64,000 bases of DNA. Source: Pseudomonadota bacterium. GTDB taxonomy: Bacteria > Pseudomonadota > Gammaproteobacteria > Burkholderiales > JABEVD01. Under the pieces are notes generated by a model. It made no database searches, was not told the DNA's origin, and worked only from the letters and a program-made list of their open reading frames with translations. The translations under genes and the position numbers were made by a program. Shown here in pieces: positions 27,111-37,743 of the stretch. The first letter of the stretch is position 1. Each line of letters begins with the position of its first letter. The DNA is taken from contig JAJZRS010000006.1 in NCBI GenBank assembly GCA_021802545.1, positions 9,308-73,307 of the forward strand, read 5' to 3'.

Positions 27111-28178
27111 TCATCCCCCTATCCTGACCGGAATCCGTTTTCTGCCGAATCCGCCCGGCGTCTCGTCGAACCGGCCGGCGACCTCCGTTCCGCAATCCGG
27201 GCATCTTCCATCAGCCGTCGTGCGGTATTCGACGAGTTCATGCCAGTCGCGCACGATGAGGCTTGTCCTGCAGGATGGACAGGAAGTCGTTCCGCCCGAC
27301 CTGTCGTGAACGTTTCCAGTATAGACGTATTTCAGGCCGGCATCCTTCGCGATCCTGCGCGCTTTCTCGAGCGTCTCGTGAGGCGTTCCGGGAATGTCCT
27401 GGAGTTTGTACTCTGGATGGAATGCGGTGAAATGGATCGGGACTTCCGCGCCCAGATTTTCCAGGATCCATGCGCACATGGCCGAGAGCTCTTCGGCAGA
27501 ATCGTTCATGCCGGGGATCAGGAGCGTGGTGATCTCGAACCAGACATCGGTTTCGCGCTTGAGATAGATCAGGGTATCCAGGACGGGCTCTAGATGCGCG
27601 CCGGTCAGCTTGAAATAGAATTCATCCGTGAAGGCCTTGAGGTCGACATTGGCGGCGTCCATTTTCGAATAGAAATCACGCCTCGCCTCGTCGTGCATGT
27701 AGCCCGCCGTCACTGCGACCGTCTTGACGCCATGTTCGTGGCAGGCATCGGCGACGTCCATCGCGTATTCGGCGAAGATGACCGGATCGTTGTAGGTGAA
27801 GGCGACGCTTTTGCAGCCGGACCGCTTTGCCGCGACGGCGATCGCTTCCGGGGAAGCCTGGTCCATCAGGCGGTCCATGCTCGATGACTTGCTGATGTCC
27901 CAGTTCTGGCAGAATTTGCAGGCGAGATTGCATCCTGCCGTGCCGAAGGAGAGCACGCTCGATCCGGGATGGAAATGGTTGAGCGGCTTCTTTTCGATGG
28001 GATCGATGCAGAATCCGGAAGACCGGCCGTAGGTGGTGAGGATCATCCTGCCATCCTGATGCTGCCTGACGAAGCAGGCGCCGCGCTGACCTTCCCGAAG
28101 CCTGCAATCGCGCGGGCAAAGGTCGCACTGGATGCGCCCGTCTTCGATTTTGTGCCAATAGCGGCCTATTCCTTCCAT
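27111..28178 (-). CDS. AmmeMemoRadiSam system radical SAM enzyme
   Basis: It has a CNLACKFCQNW CxxxCxxC cluster, the N-terminal Cys motif CDLCPRDCRL and the C-terminal CPSC...CPDCG. It is adjacent to AMMECR1 and Memo genes. Confidence 0.88.
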   Translation of the reverse strand: MEGIGRYWHKIEDGRIQCDLCPRDCRLREGQRGACFVRQHQDGRMILTTYGRSSGFCIDPIEKKPLNHFHPGSSVLSFGTAGCNLACKFCQNWDISKSSSMDRLMDQASPEAIAVAAKRSGCKSVAFTYNDPVIFAEYAMDVADACHEHGVKTVAVTAGYMHDEARRDFYSKMDAANVDLKAFTDEFYFKLTGAHLEPVLDTLIYLKRETDVWFEITTLLIPGMNDSAEELSAMCAWILENLGAEVPIHFTAFHPEYKLQDIPGTPHETLEKARRIAKDAGLKYVYTGNVHDRSGGTTSCPSCRTSLIVRDWHELVEYRTTADGRCPDCGTEVAGRFDETPGGFGRKRIPVRIGG

Positions 28179-28699
28179 TTGTCGACCCCGTACCTGAAAA
28201 GCTGCACTTCATCGGACCAGAAGCCTGCGGGCAATCCGGCCTTGCGCTTCAAATGGGAGAGAAATTCGGCGGGTTCCGGCAGGCTTTCCCAGACCTGGGG
28301 AAGAAAGGTGCTGCGCCTCCCCAAGCATTCGAAAATGACGCCGTCGATTCCGGGGCGGAGGGAAGAGAGCGCATCCGTTTCATCCGCAAAATGCATTCTG
28401 GCAGGCTGCGAGAGGAGGGAAACTTCGATCTTCACAGAAGGCCATTCTGCAACGGAGAGCGGCATGAATCTTGGGTCGGAGAAGGCTGCAGAGAGGGCAT
28501 TCTGCCGCGCATCGGCGTGAATGGGGCGATATGCTTCAAGCGTGCCTATGCATCCCCTGAGTTCTCCGCCCATGGTCAGCGTGACGAATGTCGCGCCCCA
28601 TGCTTCGAATTCGGGAGGAAGGTCGGGATCGGGACAATCGATGCCAAGCCCCCTGGAAATCGATGCGCGCGCGATTTTCAAAAGCGATTCGCCGTTCAA
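28166..28699 (-). CDS. AmmeMemoRadiSam system protein A (AMMECR1 domain)
   Basis: It reads GATFVTL...GELRGCIGTLEA.RP......NA..AAF.DPRF.PL. I propose a TTG start at 28699 preceded by GGGGAGG and overlapping the upstream stop (TTGA). The longer track ORF N-terminus is rejected. Confidence 0.82.
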   Translation of the reverse strand: MNGESLLKIARASISRGLGIDCPDPDLPPEFEAWGATFVTLTMGGELRGCIGTLEAYRPIHADARQNALSAAFSDPRFMPLSVAEWPSVKIEVSLLSQPARMHFADETDALSSLRPGIDGVIFECLGRRSTFLPQVWESLPEPAEFLSHLKRKAGLPAGFWSDEVQLFRYGVDKWKE

Positions 28700-29481
28700 G
28701 CCGCCTCCCCGAAAGTGAAGGAGGCATAGCCCACCACGCGCCTCTTGTCCCCGGCCGTGTCCCCGGAATTTTTGATGTCGACGAGCCTGGGCGCAAGTTT
28801 TCTGCGCTTCGCTGAAATCAGCAGGCCGTTGACCGGTGTTGCGCCGCATGCCTGCTCGTGATCGATCGAAGGATCGAGCGCCATGATCGCATCCGCAGTG
28901 ATCCTGTCGATTTTGACCGCCTTGTCGTAATCATGGAAATGCGAAAGGTCGGAGCTTGCCAGAACGAGCGTTCCCGGCTCGCCCAGGAACATGTCGATGA
29001 CTTCGGAAACGGCGGCGGGATCCGCATCGCCTACCAGGAGCGGGATCAGGGTGAAATTTCCGAGGACATGCTGAAGAAAGGGAAGCTGGACTTCGAGCGC
29101 ATGCTCGAGCCGGTGCGCTTCCACGCTTTCGATGAAGCCTTCCCGGCGCGCAAGTTCATTGCAGACAGGGTCCAGCGGAACGCATCCGAGCGGCGTTTCG
29201 AAGTGCGTTGCGCAAGGCAATGCGATTCCCCTGAACCAGAGGCGGTGGGCCGGTCCCAGCAGGACGATCTTGTCGAATTTGCGTCCTCTGAGCTTCGTAT
29301 AGGCAGCTCCGGCCACCGCGCCGGAATAGATATAGCCGGCGTGCGGCACGATCATGGCGAGCGGATCGCCATGACCTTCTGGGGTCAATGCGTCGACTGC
29401 CGATTCGAGATCTCTCCCGTCCGAAGGGTAGAAGGAACCGGCGCAGGCTGCAGGTCTGATTTGTGGCATGAGATTCCTCAA
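28696..29481 (-). CDS. AmmeMemoRadiSam system protein B (Memo-like)
   Basis: It reads RPAA.AGSFYP...L......L.........A.IVPHAGY.YSG..A...Y.........V.LGP.H with DLSH.H and GA. Confidence 0.85.
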   Translation of the reverse strand: MRNLMPQIRPAACAGSFYPSDGRDLESAVDALTPEGHGDPLAMIVPHAGYIYSGAVAGAAYTKLRGRKFDKIVLLGPAHRLWFRGIALPCATHFETPLGCVPLDPVCNELARREGFIESVEAHRLEHALEVQLPFLQHVLGNFTLIPLLVGDADPAAVSEVIDMFLGEPGTLVLASSDLSHFHDYDKAVKIDRITADAIMALDPSIDHEQACGATPVNGLLISAKRRKLAPRLVDIKNSGDTAGDKRRVVGYASFTFGEAA

Positions 29482-29493
29482 TGGTTTCGCGAT

Positions 29494-29548
29494 TTGACAG
29501 CATTTTCTAGAATAAATTCAATCGCAATGCGGTTTTACTCCATTGCGA
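29494..29548 (+). promoter_or_regulatory. Candidate promoter (TTGACA-17-TTCAAT) followed by an 8-bp-stem inverted repeat
   Basis: TTGACA lies at 29494-29499 and TTCAAT at 29517-29522. The inverted repeat TCGCAATG/CATTGCGA lies at 29522-29529 and 29541-29548, upstream of the 1414-aa sensor gene. Confidence 0.3.
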
Positions 29549-29587
29549 ACTGAAGTATGATATGGGGATGGAGAGTAGCCAAATCAA

Positions 29588-32500
29588 ATGACCGACATCC
29601 GTGAAGCGCTGCAAGAATCGTCGGACAGCGAGGCGATCTTCCGGACCGTCATCGAATCCACTCCCTTTCCCATTGCACTCAAAGACAAGGAAGGGCGAAT
29701 CGTCTATCTCAATAGCGCCTTCATCAGGACGATAGGTTACACGCTTCTAGACATTCCCGATTTGGCGACTTTTCATATGCTCGCCTATCCGGATAGCGCC
29801 TATCGGCAGAAGGTGACCGAGGATTGGCAGAAGAATCTGGATGCGGCCATCGGAACAGGAGCCCCCTCCGCTCCGACGGAAGCCGACATCGTCTGCAAAG
29901 ACGGCCGGGTCAGGACATTCGACGTGAGCACAGCTTTTCTCGGCAATCATTTCGAAGGCGCGTATCTTATCGCTCTGTACGACGTCACGGAAAGAAGGCG
30001 GCTCGAAGAAGGGATACGTTTTCAGCAATTCGGGCTCGACCATGCGGGGGAGGAGATCCTCTGGATTGGATGCGACGGCCGCATTCTGGAAGCGAACGAA
30101 ACGGCCTGCCTGAAGCTCGGTTATACGAAGGAGGAGCTGTGCGCGCTGACTGTCGGTGACATCGATCCCCAGTTTCCCTTCGAGCAAGCATGGGGCGCGC
30201 ACTGGCAGCAGCTCAAGCAAAGCAAAGTGCTGCGCCTCGAATCCCAGCAGCAGCGCAAGGACGGGAAGATTTTTCCGATCGAGGTGGTGGCCAACTATTT
30301 CGAGTACGGCGGGAGCGAATACAATTGCGCGCTGGTGCGCGACATATCCGACCTCAAGATTTCGGAGGAAAGAAACCGCGTCCTCGTGGAGATGGCGCCA
30401 GAGGCGATCACCGTGCTCGATGTGGATATGAACCGCTTCGTCGATGCCAATGCCAATGCAGAGCGCCTTTACGGCTGCAGCAAGGAAGAATTGCTGAAGC
30501 ATTCCCCGTTCGACTTCTATCCCCCCGATCAGCCCGATGGCCGCTCCATACAGGAATCCATCGATGCTCACAAGGCGCTTGCGCTTGCCGGAGAGGAGGT
30601 GGTGTTCGAGCGCATCGTGAGAAATTGCCAGGGCAGGCTCGTTCCGTGCGAGGTACGCCTCGTCAAGCTGCCTTCGATAGAGCGCAGGCTGATCCGCGCC
30701 AGCATCATCGATATCACGGGCAGGAAGAATGCGGAAGCCAGAATCGAACGCCTCAGCAAGCTTTACAAGGCGCTCAGCGAAATCAACCAGGCCATCGTGC
30801 GCATGGACGAGGAGGCGGAGCTTTTTCCGCTGGTGTGCAGGATGGCGGTGGATTTCGGCGGCGTGAAAATGGCCTGGATAGGCCAGCTTGGCGCAGAGAA
30901 CAGGATCTTGCCCAGCGTGCGTTACGGCAGCGGCATCGAGTACCTGGAAGGCATCGTCATTTCCTCGGACGAGAGCGTGCCCGAAGGGCGCGGGCCGACC
31001 GCCATCGCTTTCAGGGAGAACCGCGGTGTCGTGGTCAACGATTTTGCGTCGAGCGGCATGACCCAGCCCTGGAAAGCGCGGGCCGAGCGCTTCGGACTCA
31101 TGGCGAGCGCGACTTTCCCGATTCCAAAAGGCGGCAAGCCTTTTGCCGTGCTGACCGTCTACCATGACAGCCGAAATGCATTCGACGCCGAAATGATCGA
31201 TCTGCTCGACGAGATGGCGAGGGACATATCCTTTGCGCTGGACAGTTTCGACAGGGAGCGCGAAAGGGCGCTGTCGAAGGAAGAGCTGGCGGCCAGCGAG
31301 CGCCATTTCAGGGCCTATTTCGAACGCGCCATGGTGGGCATGGCTGCGACGAGCACGGAGAAGGGGTGGATCGAAGTCAACGATGCGCTGTGCAACATGC
31401 TCGGCTATTCCAGGCAGGAGCTGGCCGGCATGACTTGGGCGGAGCTCACGCACAAGGATGATCTGGCCGAAAACGAGTCGCTCTTCAACCGGATATTGCG
31501 CAATGAGATAGACGGGTACGTGTTCGACAAGCGATTCATACGCAAGGACGGCTCGCTGCTCTACGTGCACATTGCGATCAGGGCGGTGAGGAAGGCCGAC
31601 GGATCCCTCGACTACACCGTGGCGATCGTCGAGGACGTCAGCAGGAGAAAGCATGCCGAGGGCAGGGAGAGGCTGAGAAACCGGGCGCTCGAATTGCTTG
31701 CAAAGGGGACGCCGCTCGACGAGATCATGGAATTCGTGGTGAAGGGCGTCGAGGATGAAAATCCTTCCATGATCTGCACCATTTTGCTTCTGGACAAGGA
31801 AGGGAAGCATCTTCTGAAGGGGGCGGCTCCCAGCCTGCCCGCATTTTACAGCGAAGCCATCCATGGGGCCGAGATCGGGCCGGAAGCAGGCTCTTGCGGC
31901 ACGGCCGCCTATCTCGCGCGGCGGGTCGTCGTCGAGGATATCGCCACGCATCCCTATTGGAAAAACTACCGCGAGCTCGCAGCGCGGGCGAACGTCGCCT
32001 CATGCTGGTCGGAGCCGATTTTCGGTTCGTCCGGAAAGGTGCTCGGCACCTTCGCCGTGTACAGAAAGACGCCGAGCGCACCCGGGGAAAACGATCTTGC
32101 GCTCATCGAAAGCATGGCCAGCCTCATCGGCATCGCCATCGAGCGCAAGCGCATCGAGGACGAACTGCAGCTTGCCTCCATGGTATACAACCATACGGGC
32201 GAGGCAACCATGGTCACGGACGAGCAGAACAGCATCATCGCAGTCAATCCGGCATTCACGCACATCACGGGCTACAGCCAGGACGAGGTGCTGGGAAAGA
32301 ATCCGAAAATACTGAGTTCGGGCAAGCATGACAGCGATTTCTACAAGGTCATGTGGGAAGAAATCAGGACTTCGGGAATGTGGCAGGGCGAAATATGGAA
32401 CAGGAAGAAGAACGGCGAAATCTATCCCGAATGGCTGACCATCAATACAATCCATGATCGGGAAGGTCAGCTGCATCGCCATGTCGCGTTCTTTTCCGAC

Positions 32501-33832
32501 ATCACCGACAAGGTGAGAAGCGATGAGCTGATCTGGCGCCAGGCCAACTTCGATCTGCTCACAAGCCTGCCCAACAGGCGGATGTTCTACGACAGGCTCG
32601 AACAGGAGATCAAGAAATCGAACAGGAGCGGATTGCCGCTCGCGCTGCTCTTCATCGACCTCGATCGCTTCAAGGAAGTCAACGATACGCTCGGCCACCA
32701 GAAGGGAGACATCCTGCTCGTCGAGGCGGCGCGCCGCATCGTTGCCTGCGTGCGCGAATCGGACACGGTTTCGCGCCTGGGAGGAGACGAATTCACCGTC
32801 ATTCTGTCCGAGCTTGCCGACACGGACCATGTCGAGACGATCGCCCAGCACATCATTTCGAGTCTCGTCGAGCCTTTCGTTCTCGAAAGCGAAATCGCCT
32901 ACGTTTCGGCAAGCATAGGCATCACCTTCTATCCGAACGATGCTCGCGACGTCGAGCAGCTTCTGCGGAATGCCGATCAGGCCATGTATGTTGCGAAGGA
33001 TACGGGGCGGAACCGGTTCTCCTATTTCACCCGAACGCTGCAGGAGAAAGCGCAGTCGAGAGTGAGAATGCTCAACGACCTGCGCGGCGCGCTGGGCTCG
33101 AACCAGTTCGAGCTCCATTTCCAGCCCATCGTCGATCTTTCCACCGGATTGGCCAGAAAGGCCGAGGCGCTGCTGCGCTGGCGCCATCCCGACAGGGGAA
33201 TGGTCAGCCCGCTGGAATTCATATCCCTTGCCGAGGAAACAGGGCTGATCATCGACATCGGGGATTGGGTTTTCAGGGAAGCTGCCCGCTGGGCGGGCCG
33301 CTGGACAGCGCTTTGCGGCGGCAATTTCCAGATCAGCGTGAACGAATCGCCGGTGCAGTTCCAGAACGAATCGAAAAACATCGACGCCTGGCTGGACCAC
33401 CTGGAAGCGCTCGGCATTTCAGGGCAGAACATCGTCATCGAGATCACGGAGGGGCTGCTGCTCAATGCCGATTCCGGCGTCACCGACAAGCTGATCCATT
33501 TCAGGGATGCGGGAATAGGCGTGGCTATCGACGATTTCGGCACGGGGTATTCCGCCTTGTCATATCTCAAGAAATTCGACATCGATTTTCTGAAGATCGA
33601 CCAGTCCTTCATCCGCGATCTTTCGACCGATCCGAGCGACATGGCGCTGGCGGAGGCGATCATCGTCATGGCGCACAAGCTCGATCTGAAGGTCATTGCA
33701 GAGGGGGTCGAGACGAGCGAACAGCAGCGCCTGCTGCAGATGGCGGGATGCGACTTCGCCCAGGGTTATCTTTTTTCGAAGCCGCTTCCCCCCGATGAAT
33801 TCGAGGCATTTCTGGAGGCTTGGGTCCCATGA
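29588..33832 (+). CDS. Multi-PAS / GAF / GAF / PAS - GGDEF - EAL signalling protein (1414 aa)
   Basis: It has several PAS S-box repeats, two GAF-like blocks, intact GGDEF ([10 protein letters not shown]) and intact EAL ([32 protein letters not shown]). Confidence 0.92.
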   Translation: MTDIREALQESSDSEAIFRTVIESTPFPIALKDKEGRIVYLNSAFIRTIGYTLLDIPDLATFHMLAYPDSAYRQKVTEDWQKNLDAAIGTGAPSAPTEADIVCKDGRVRTFDVSTAFLGNHFEGAYLIALYDVTERRRLEEGIRFQQFGLDHAGEEILWIGCDGRILEANETACLKLGYTKEELCALTVGDIDPQFPFEQAWGAHWQQLKQSKVLRLESQQQRKDGKIFPIEVVANYFEYGGSEYNCALVRDISDLKISEERNRVLVEMAPEAITVLDVDMNRFVDANANAERLYGCSKEELLKHSPFDFYPPDQPDGRSIQESIDAHKALALAGEEVVFERIVRNCQGRLVPCEVRLVKLPSIERRLIRASIIDITGRKNAEARIERLSKLYKALSEINQAIVRMDEEAELFPLVCRMAVDFGGVKMAWIGQLGAENRILPSVRYGSGIEYLEGIVISSDESVPEGRGPTAIAFRENRGVVVNDFASSGMTQPWKARAERFGLMASATFPIPKGGKPFAVLTVYHDSRNAFDAEMIDLLDEMARDISFALDSFDRERERALSKEELAASERHFRAYFERAMVGMAATSTEKGWIEVNDALCNMLGYSRQELAGMTWAELTHKDDLAENESLFNRILRNEIDGYVFDKRFIRKDGSLLYVHIAIRAVRKADGSLDYTVAIVEDVSRRKHAEGRERLRNRALELLAKGTPLDEIMEFVVKGVEDENPSMICTILLLDKEGKHLLKGAAPSLPAFYSEAIHGAEIGPEAGSCGTAAYLARRVVVEDIATHPYWKNYRELAARANVASCWSEPIFGSSGKVLGTFAVYRKTPSAPGENDLALIESMASLIGIAIERKRIEDELQLASMVYNHTGEATMVTDEQNSIIAVNPAFTHITGYSQDEVLGKNPKILSSGKHDSDFYKVMWEEIRTSGMWQGEIWNRKKNGEIYPEWLTINTIHDREGQLHRHVAFFSDITDKVRSDELIWRQANFDLLTSLPNRRMFYDRLEQEIKKSNRSGLPLALLFIDLDRFKEVNDTLGHQKGDILLVEAARRIVACVRESDTVSRLGGDEFTVILSELADTDHVETIAQHIISSLVEPFVLESEIAYVSASIGITFYPNDARDVEQLLRNADQAMYVAKDTGRNRFSYFTRTLQEKAQSRVRMLNDLRGALGSNQFELHFQPIVDLSTGLARKAEALLRWRHPDRGMVSPLEFISLAEETGLIIDIGDWVFREAARWAGRWTALCGGNFQISVNESPVQFQNESKNIDAWLDHLEALGISGQNIVIEITEGLLLNADSGVTDKLIHFRDAGIGVAIDDFGTGYSALSYLKKFDIDFLKIDQSFIRDLSTDPSDMALAEAIIVMAHKLDLKVIAEGVETSEQQRLLQMAGCDFAQGYLFSKPLPPDEFEAFLEAWVP

Positions 33833-34509
33833 CGAAGCTTTATGCGCTTGTTCCCGCAGCCGGAACGGGTTCGCGCATGGGGGAAGGCATTCCCAAGCAA
33901 TACAGGATGCTTGCAGGAAAACCCATGATCCGGCATGCGCTTGAGGCATTCTGTTCTCATCCCGCCATCGAGCGCGCCTATGTCGTTTTGGCCGAGGACG
34001 ATGCGCATTGGGGAACATTCGACTGGTCGCCTCTTTCTGAAAAACTCGCCGTCCTCCATTGCGGAGGGCAGACGAGGGCGGCGAGCGTCTACAACGGGCT
34101 CGAGCGCATGGGAGCTGGTGACGATGACTGGGTGATGGTGCACGATGCGGCCAGGCCCTGCATCGACAGGAATTCTCTGGACAGGCTGGTCACCGAACTC
34201 AGCGATGACGAGGTGGGCGGGCTGCTCGCGCTGCCCGTCGCCGATACGCTGAAAATGGACGACGGCGGAAGAAGAGTATCCAGAACGGTTCCCAGGGAGG
34301 GGCTTTGGCAGGCACAGACACCGCAGATGTTCCGCAAAAAGCGGCTTCTTGAGGCATTGAGGCTCGCCCCTGACAGGACGGACGAAGCCGGTGCGGTTGA
34401 AGCGCTGGGGCTTTGCCCGAAACTCGTTCCGGGCGACCCGAGGAATTTCAAGGTGACCTATCCGGGAGACATTGCATTGGCTGAAACGATATTGAGGGAA
34501 AGAGAATGA
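33829..34509 (+). CDS. ispD: 2-C-methyl-D-erythritol 4-phosphate cytidylyltransferase IspD
   Basis: It reads [18 protein letters not shown]...PKQY. ATG 33829 overlaps the sensor gene stop (ATGA). Confidence 0.92.
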   Translation: MTKLYALVPAAGTGSRMGEGIPKQYRMLAGKPMIRHALEAFCSHPAIERAYVVLAEDDAHWGTFDWSPLSEKLAVLHCGGQTRAASVYNGLERMGAGDDDWVMVHDAARPCIDRNSLDRLVTELSDDEVGGLLALPVADTLKMDDGGRRVSRTVPREGLWQAQTPQMFRKKRLLEALRLAPDRTDEAGAVEALGLCPKLVPGDPRNFKVTYPGDIALAETILRERE

Positions 34510-34979
34510 GGATAGGACAGGGTTACGACGTGCATGCGCTCGTTCCGGGGAGAAGGCTGGTCATCGGCGGCGTCGAAATTCCCTTTGACAAGGGTCTCCT
34601 GGGACATTCGGATGCGGACGTGCTGCTTCACGCGATATGCGATGCGCTGATCGGCGCAGCAGCGCTCGGCGACATCGGCAGGCATTTTCCGGATACGGAC
34701 AAGCATTTCGAGAACGTGGACAGCAGGATACTCCTGCGCCGCGTCGGCAAGCTCCTCGAGGATTCAGGGTTCAGAATCGTCAATATCGACGCCACGATCG
34801 TGGCCCAGGCGCCGAAAATGGCACCCCATATTCCGCTCATGGTCGAGCGCATCGCAGAGGACCTGCGCATTCCCGCCCGCGACGTCAACGTCAAGGCGAA
34901 AACCACGGAGCGTCTCGGCTTTGCAGGCAGAGGGGAAGGCATGGCCGCCGAAGCGGTAGCCCTCATCGAAAACGCCTGA
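34506..34979 (+). CDS. ispF: 2-C-methyl-D-erythritol 2,4-cyclodiphosphate synthase IspF
   Basis: It reads [21 protein letters not shown]...[19 protein letters not shown]...GDIG..FPDTD. Confidence 0.95.
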   Translation: MRIGQGYDVHALVPGRRLVIGGVEIPFDKGLLGHSDADVLLHAICDALIGAAALGDIGRHFPDTDKHFENVDSRILLRRVGKLLEDSGFRIVNIDATIVAQAPKMAPHIPLMVERIAEDLRIPARDVNVKAKTTERLGFAGRGEGMAAEAVALIENA

Positions 34980-35488
34980 TGCGCGTATTCTTTGCCGTCT
35001 GGCCGGACGAGCCCTCGCTGATACGGCTGGAAGAAGCAGGCAGCAGGCTTTTCGCAGCCTGCGGCGGGAAGAGGACGAGAAGGGAATCGATCCATCTCAC
35101 CCTGGCCTTCGTCGGTGAAATCGAGGAAGGCGAGCTTGGCAAGCTGAAGGAAGCAGCGTGCAGGGTGTCGGCAAGCGCTTTCGAGATCGTGCTGGACAAG
35201 CTGGGCTACTGGAAGCACAACAAAATCGCCTGGGCGGGATGCATGCAGGTCCAGAGGCCGCTTCTCGAACTCGTCTCCTTGCTCGAGGCGGAGCTGAAAG
35301 CGTCAAACGTTGCGCTCGATGCGCGCCCCTATGTTCCCCATGTCACGCTGCTGAGAAAAGCCGAGCGTCCGGAAACCATTCCCGACATTCCCGACATTTC
35401 ATGGGCCGTTTCCGAATTCACCCTGACGGCGTCATCGCCTTCCGGTTACCAGAATCTGGCCAGCTGGCCGCTAAAGGTAGATGCATGA
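34979..35488 (+). CDS. thpR: RNA 2',3'-cyclic phosphodiesterase ThpR (2H phosphoesterase / LigT)
   Basis: It has two HxT motifs (HLTLAF, HVTLLR). The start ATG overlaps the ispF stop. The product is 169 aa. Confidence 0.85.
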   Translation: MRVFFAVWPDEPSLIRLEEAGSRLFAACGGKRTRRESIHLTLAFVGEIEEGELGKLKEAACRVSASAFEIVLDKLGYWKHNKIAWAGCMQVQRPLLELVSLLEAELKASNVALDARPYVPHVTLLRKAERPETIPDIPDISWAVSEFTLTASSPSGYQNLASWPLKVDA

Positions 35489-35911
35489 CTCGAGATGCCC
35501 GGCCAGGGCTCTCTCGTCGAGCTTGGTGTAATCCTTCTCGAAATGGTCGGACATCATGCCCATCAGCGCCTGAGAAGCATTGTTCTTGATGAGGCCCATG
35601 AACTGGGGCGGGGCGATCAGGATCAGCCGCTGGAATTCGTTTCCAGTCCTGCCCTGTTCGAGTTCCCTGGCGAGCTTCAATGCGAATTGCTGAGCCTCGT
35701 TCTGTTTGGGGTCGGTAGGCGGCACGTAGGAACCATGCCCGTTTCCTGCGCTCCTGTTGTGTCCTGGCCTGTCCGAGACCAGATCGGAGGCTTTTTCCCG
35801 GCTCGCGCCATGCTCGTATTCCCTGAGTTTCTCGAGGCCGCGCTTGGGGCCATTGTTCATGTAAAGATTGGCTGAGCTTGCATTGGCGACGAGGATCCAC
35901 GTCGTGGTCAT
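35471..35911 (-). CDS. Host-attachment-protein family (Host_attach) protein
   Basis: The N-terminus MTTTWILVANASSANLY is characteristic, and the protein has a central Gly/His-rich segment. RBS AAAGGAGAAAA precedes ATG 35911. Confidence 0.7.
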   Translation of the reverse strand: MTTTWILVANASSANLYMNNGPKRGLEKLREYEHGASREKASDLVSDRPGHNRSAGNGHGSYVPPTDPKQNEAQQFALKLARELEQGRTGNEFQRLILIAPPQFMGLIKNNASQALMGMMSDHFEKDYTKLDERALAGHLESCIYL

Positions 35912-35984
35912 GATTTTCTCCTTTTGAAACGAGGCGGGCAACTTCACAATTCCATTATAATACAGGCTTCATGGAGTCCAGGTT

Positions 35985-36650
35985 TTGAACATACTCGCTT
36001 TCGATACGTCCAATGAATACTGCTCGCTCGCTCTTTTGAGGGAGGGGCATATCGCCGTGCGCGAGACTCTGGCCGGCCAGAATCATTCCGAGATGATCCT
36101 CGCCATGCTCGAGGATGTGCTGCAAGAGGAGGGGATGCCGATGAGCGAAATCGATGGCATCGCTTTCGGCGCAGGCCCTGGCTCCTTCACCGGGCTCAGG
36201 ATCGCCTGCGGCGTGGCTCAGGGGCTTGCATTCGGATCGGATATACCGGTTGCCGGAATCGGAACGCTTCACGCCATGGCGTCAAGCATGGAAGGCGAAA
36301 GAATAGTCGCCTGCCTGGATGCGAGAATGGGCGAAATCTACCATGCGGCATTCGAACGGATTGATGGGAAACTCGTCTGCGTCAGCGAGCCCGGACTCTA
36401 CCGGCCCCATGAAGTGCCCCTGCTCGATGGAGCGGGCTGGTCAGGCTGCGGGAACGGATTTTCTGTGGATGGCCTGCTCGATCGCTATCGGGGATGCATG
36501 GCCAGGGTGGACGAAAAAGTGCGCCCGCATGCGCGGGAAATCGCTTGTCTGGCATTGGAGGAATTTGAAAGCGCTCGCGGGACGGATGCCGCGCTGGCCG
36601 CCCCGCTCTATGTCAGAAACAAGGTGGCGCTGAAGGAGTCAGAGCGTTGA
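35985..36650 (+). CDS. tsaB: tRNA t6A biosynthesis protein TsaB (YeaZ)
   Basis: It reads MNILAFDTS.E.CS.AL with GPGSFTGLRI....AQGLA. Confidence 0.9.
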   Translation: MNILAFDTSNEYCSLALLREGHIAVRETLAGQNHSEMILAMLEDVLQEEGMPMSEIDGIAFGAGPGSFTGLRIACGVAQGLAFGSDIPVAGIGTLHAMASSMEGERIVACLDARMGEIYHAAFERIDGKLVCVSEPGLYRPHEVPLLDGAGWSGCGNGFSVDGLLDRYRGCMARVDEKVRPHAREIACLALEEFESARGTDAALAAPLYVRNKVALKESER

Positions 36651-37096
36651 GTTTCGATCTGTCCTTTCGCCCGATGGGATTCGATGACCTCAACAGGGTG
36701 ATGGAGATCGAGAATGCAGTCTACGAATTTCCATGGACGCGCGGCAATTTCGCGGACTCGATCGAAGCAAATTACCATTGCGTCGTCATGGAAAGCGGGA
36801 CATTTCTTGCGGGGTACGGCGTGATGCTGCTGGCGGCAGGCGAGGCCAATCTGCTCAACTTGAGCGTGGCGAAGAACTGGCAAGGAATGGGCATGGGCAG
36901 GAAACTGCTCGATCATTTCGTCGGCATGGCGAAAGCGCAAGGGGCGAGTGCCTTCTATCTCGAGGCGAGGCTTTCGAACAACGTTGCTATCGGCCTTTAT
37001 TCGAGTTCCGGCTTCATTGAGCTTTGCGTCAGGCCCAACTATTATCCTTCGGCTCAAGGGCGCGAAGATGCAGTCATGATGAGGAAGATGCTTTGA
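36647..37096 (+). CDS. rimI: Ribosomal-protein-alanine N-acetyltransferase RimI
   Basis: It has a GNAT fold with a Q/RxxGxG/A motif ([11 protein letters not shown]). It overlaps the tsaB stop, which is the canonical tsaB-rimI pairing. Confidence 0.85.
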   Translation: MSFDLSFRPMGFDDLNRVMEIENAVYEFPWTRGNFADSIEANYHCVVMESGTFLAGYGVMLLAAGEANLLNLSVAKNWQGMGMGRKLLDHFVGMAKAQGASAFYLEARLSNNVAIGLYSSSGFIELCVRPNYYPSAQGREDAVMMRKML

Positions 37097-37116
37097 AGGA
37101 AGCTGCGCTCGAAGAA

Positions 37117-37743
37117 ATGGGGCTCCTCCCCGTCTGGAAAAGGCGGGTCTTTGAGGAGAAGAAGCTTGAGGAGGCGGTCTCAGGCCTCATGGGATGGGAT
37201 GAAATCCGTACCGCGATCGAATCCTGCACGGCCTGTCCGCTGTCGAAGGGGCGGAACAAGGTCGTGGTCGGCGTCGGCAACAGGCAGGCGGACTGGCTCT
37301 TCATCGGCGAGGCTCCTGGGGCGGAAGAGGACATCAAGGGAGAGCCCTTCGTCGGCCAGGCTGGAAAGCTGCTCGACAACATGCTGTCCTCGATCGGGCT
37401 GTCCAGGCAAAGCAATGTCTATATCGCCAATACGGTCAAATGCAGGCCGCCCGGCAACAGGAACCCGGAGCCCTCGGAGATGGCGGCCTGCCGCCCGTAT
37501 CTCGTGAGGCAGATCGAGCTCATCGAACCCAAACTGATCGTGGTCATGGGCCGGGTCGCCGCACAATCCGTCCTGGATTCAGAGGCGTCGATTTCCGCTT
37601 TGCGGGGGAAGGTCCATGCCTTCGGAAAAATTCCCGCCATCGTCACCTACCATCCGGCCTATCTTCTGAGGAATCCTTCGGACAAGGCGAAAGCCTGGGA
37701 AGACCTCCGCTTCGCATTGAAAACGATGGAGCCGCTCAGGTAG
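37117..37743 (+). CDS. Uracil-DNA glycosylase, family 4
   Basis: It reads C.AC.L...R...V.G.G...[25 protein letters not shown] with HPAYLLR. The start is either ATG 37117 or a TTG at 37093 overlapping the rimI stop. Confidence 0.85.
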   Translation: MGLLPVWKRRVFEEKKLEEAVSGLMGWDEIRTAIESCTACPLSKGRNKVVVGVGNRQADWLFIGEAPGAEEDIKGEPFVGQAGKLLDNMLSSIGLSRQSNVYIANTVKCRPPGNRNPEPSEMAACRPYLVRQIELIEPKLIVVMGRVAAQSVLDSEASISALRGKVHAFGKIPAIVTYHPAYLLRNPSDKAKAWEDLRFALKTMEPLR

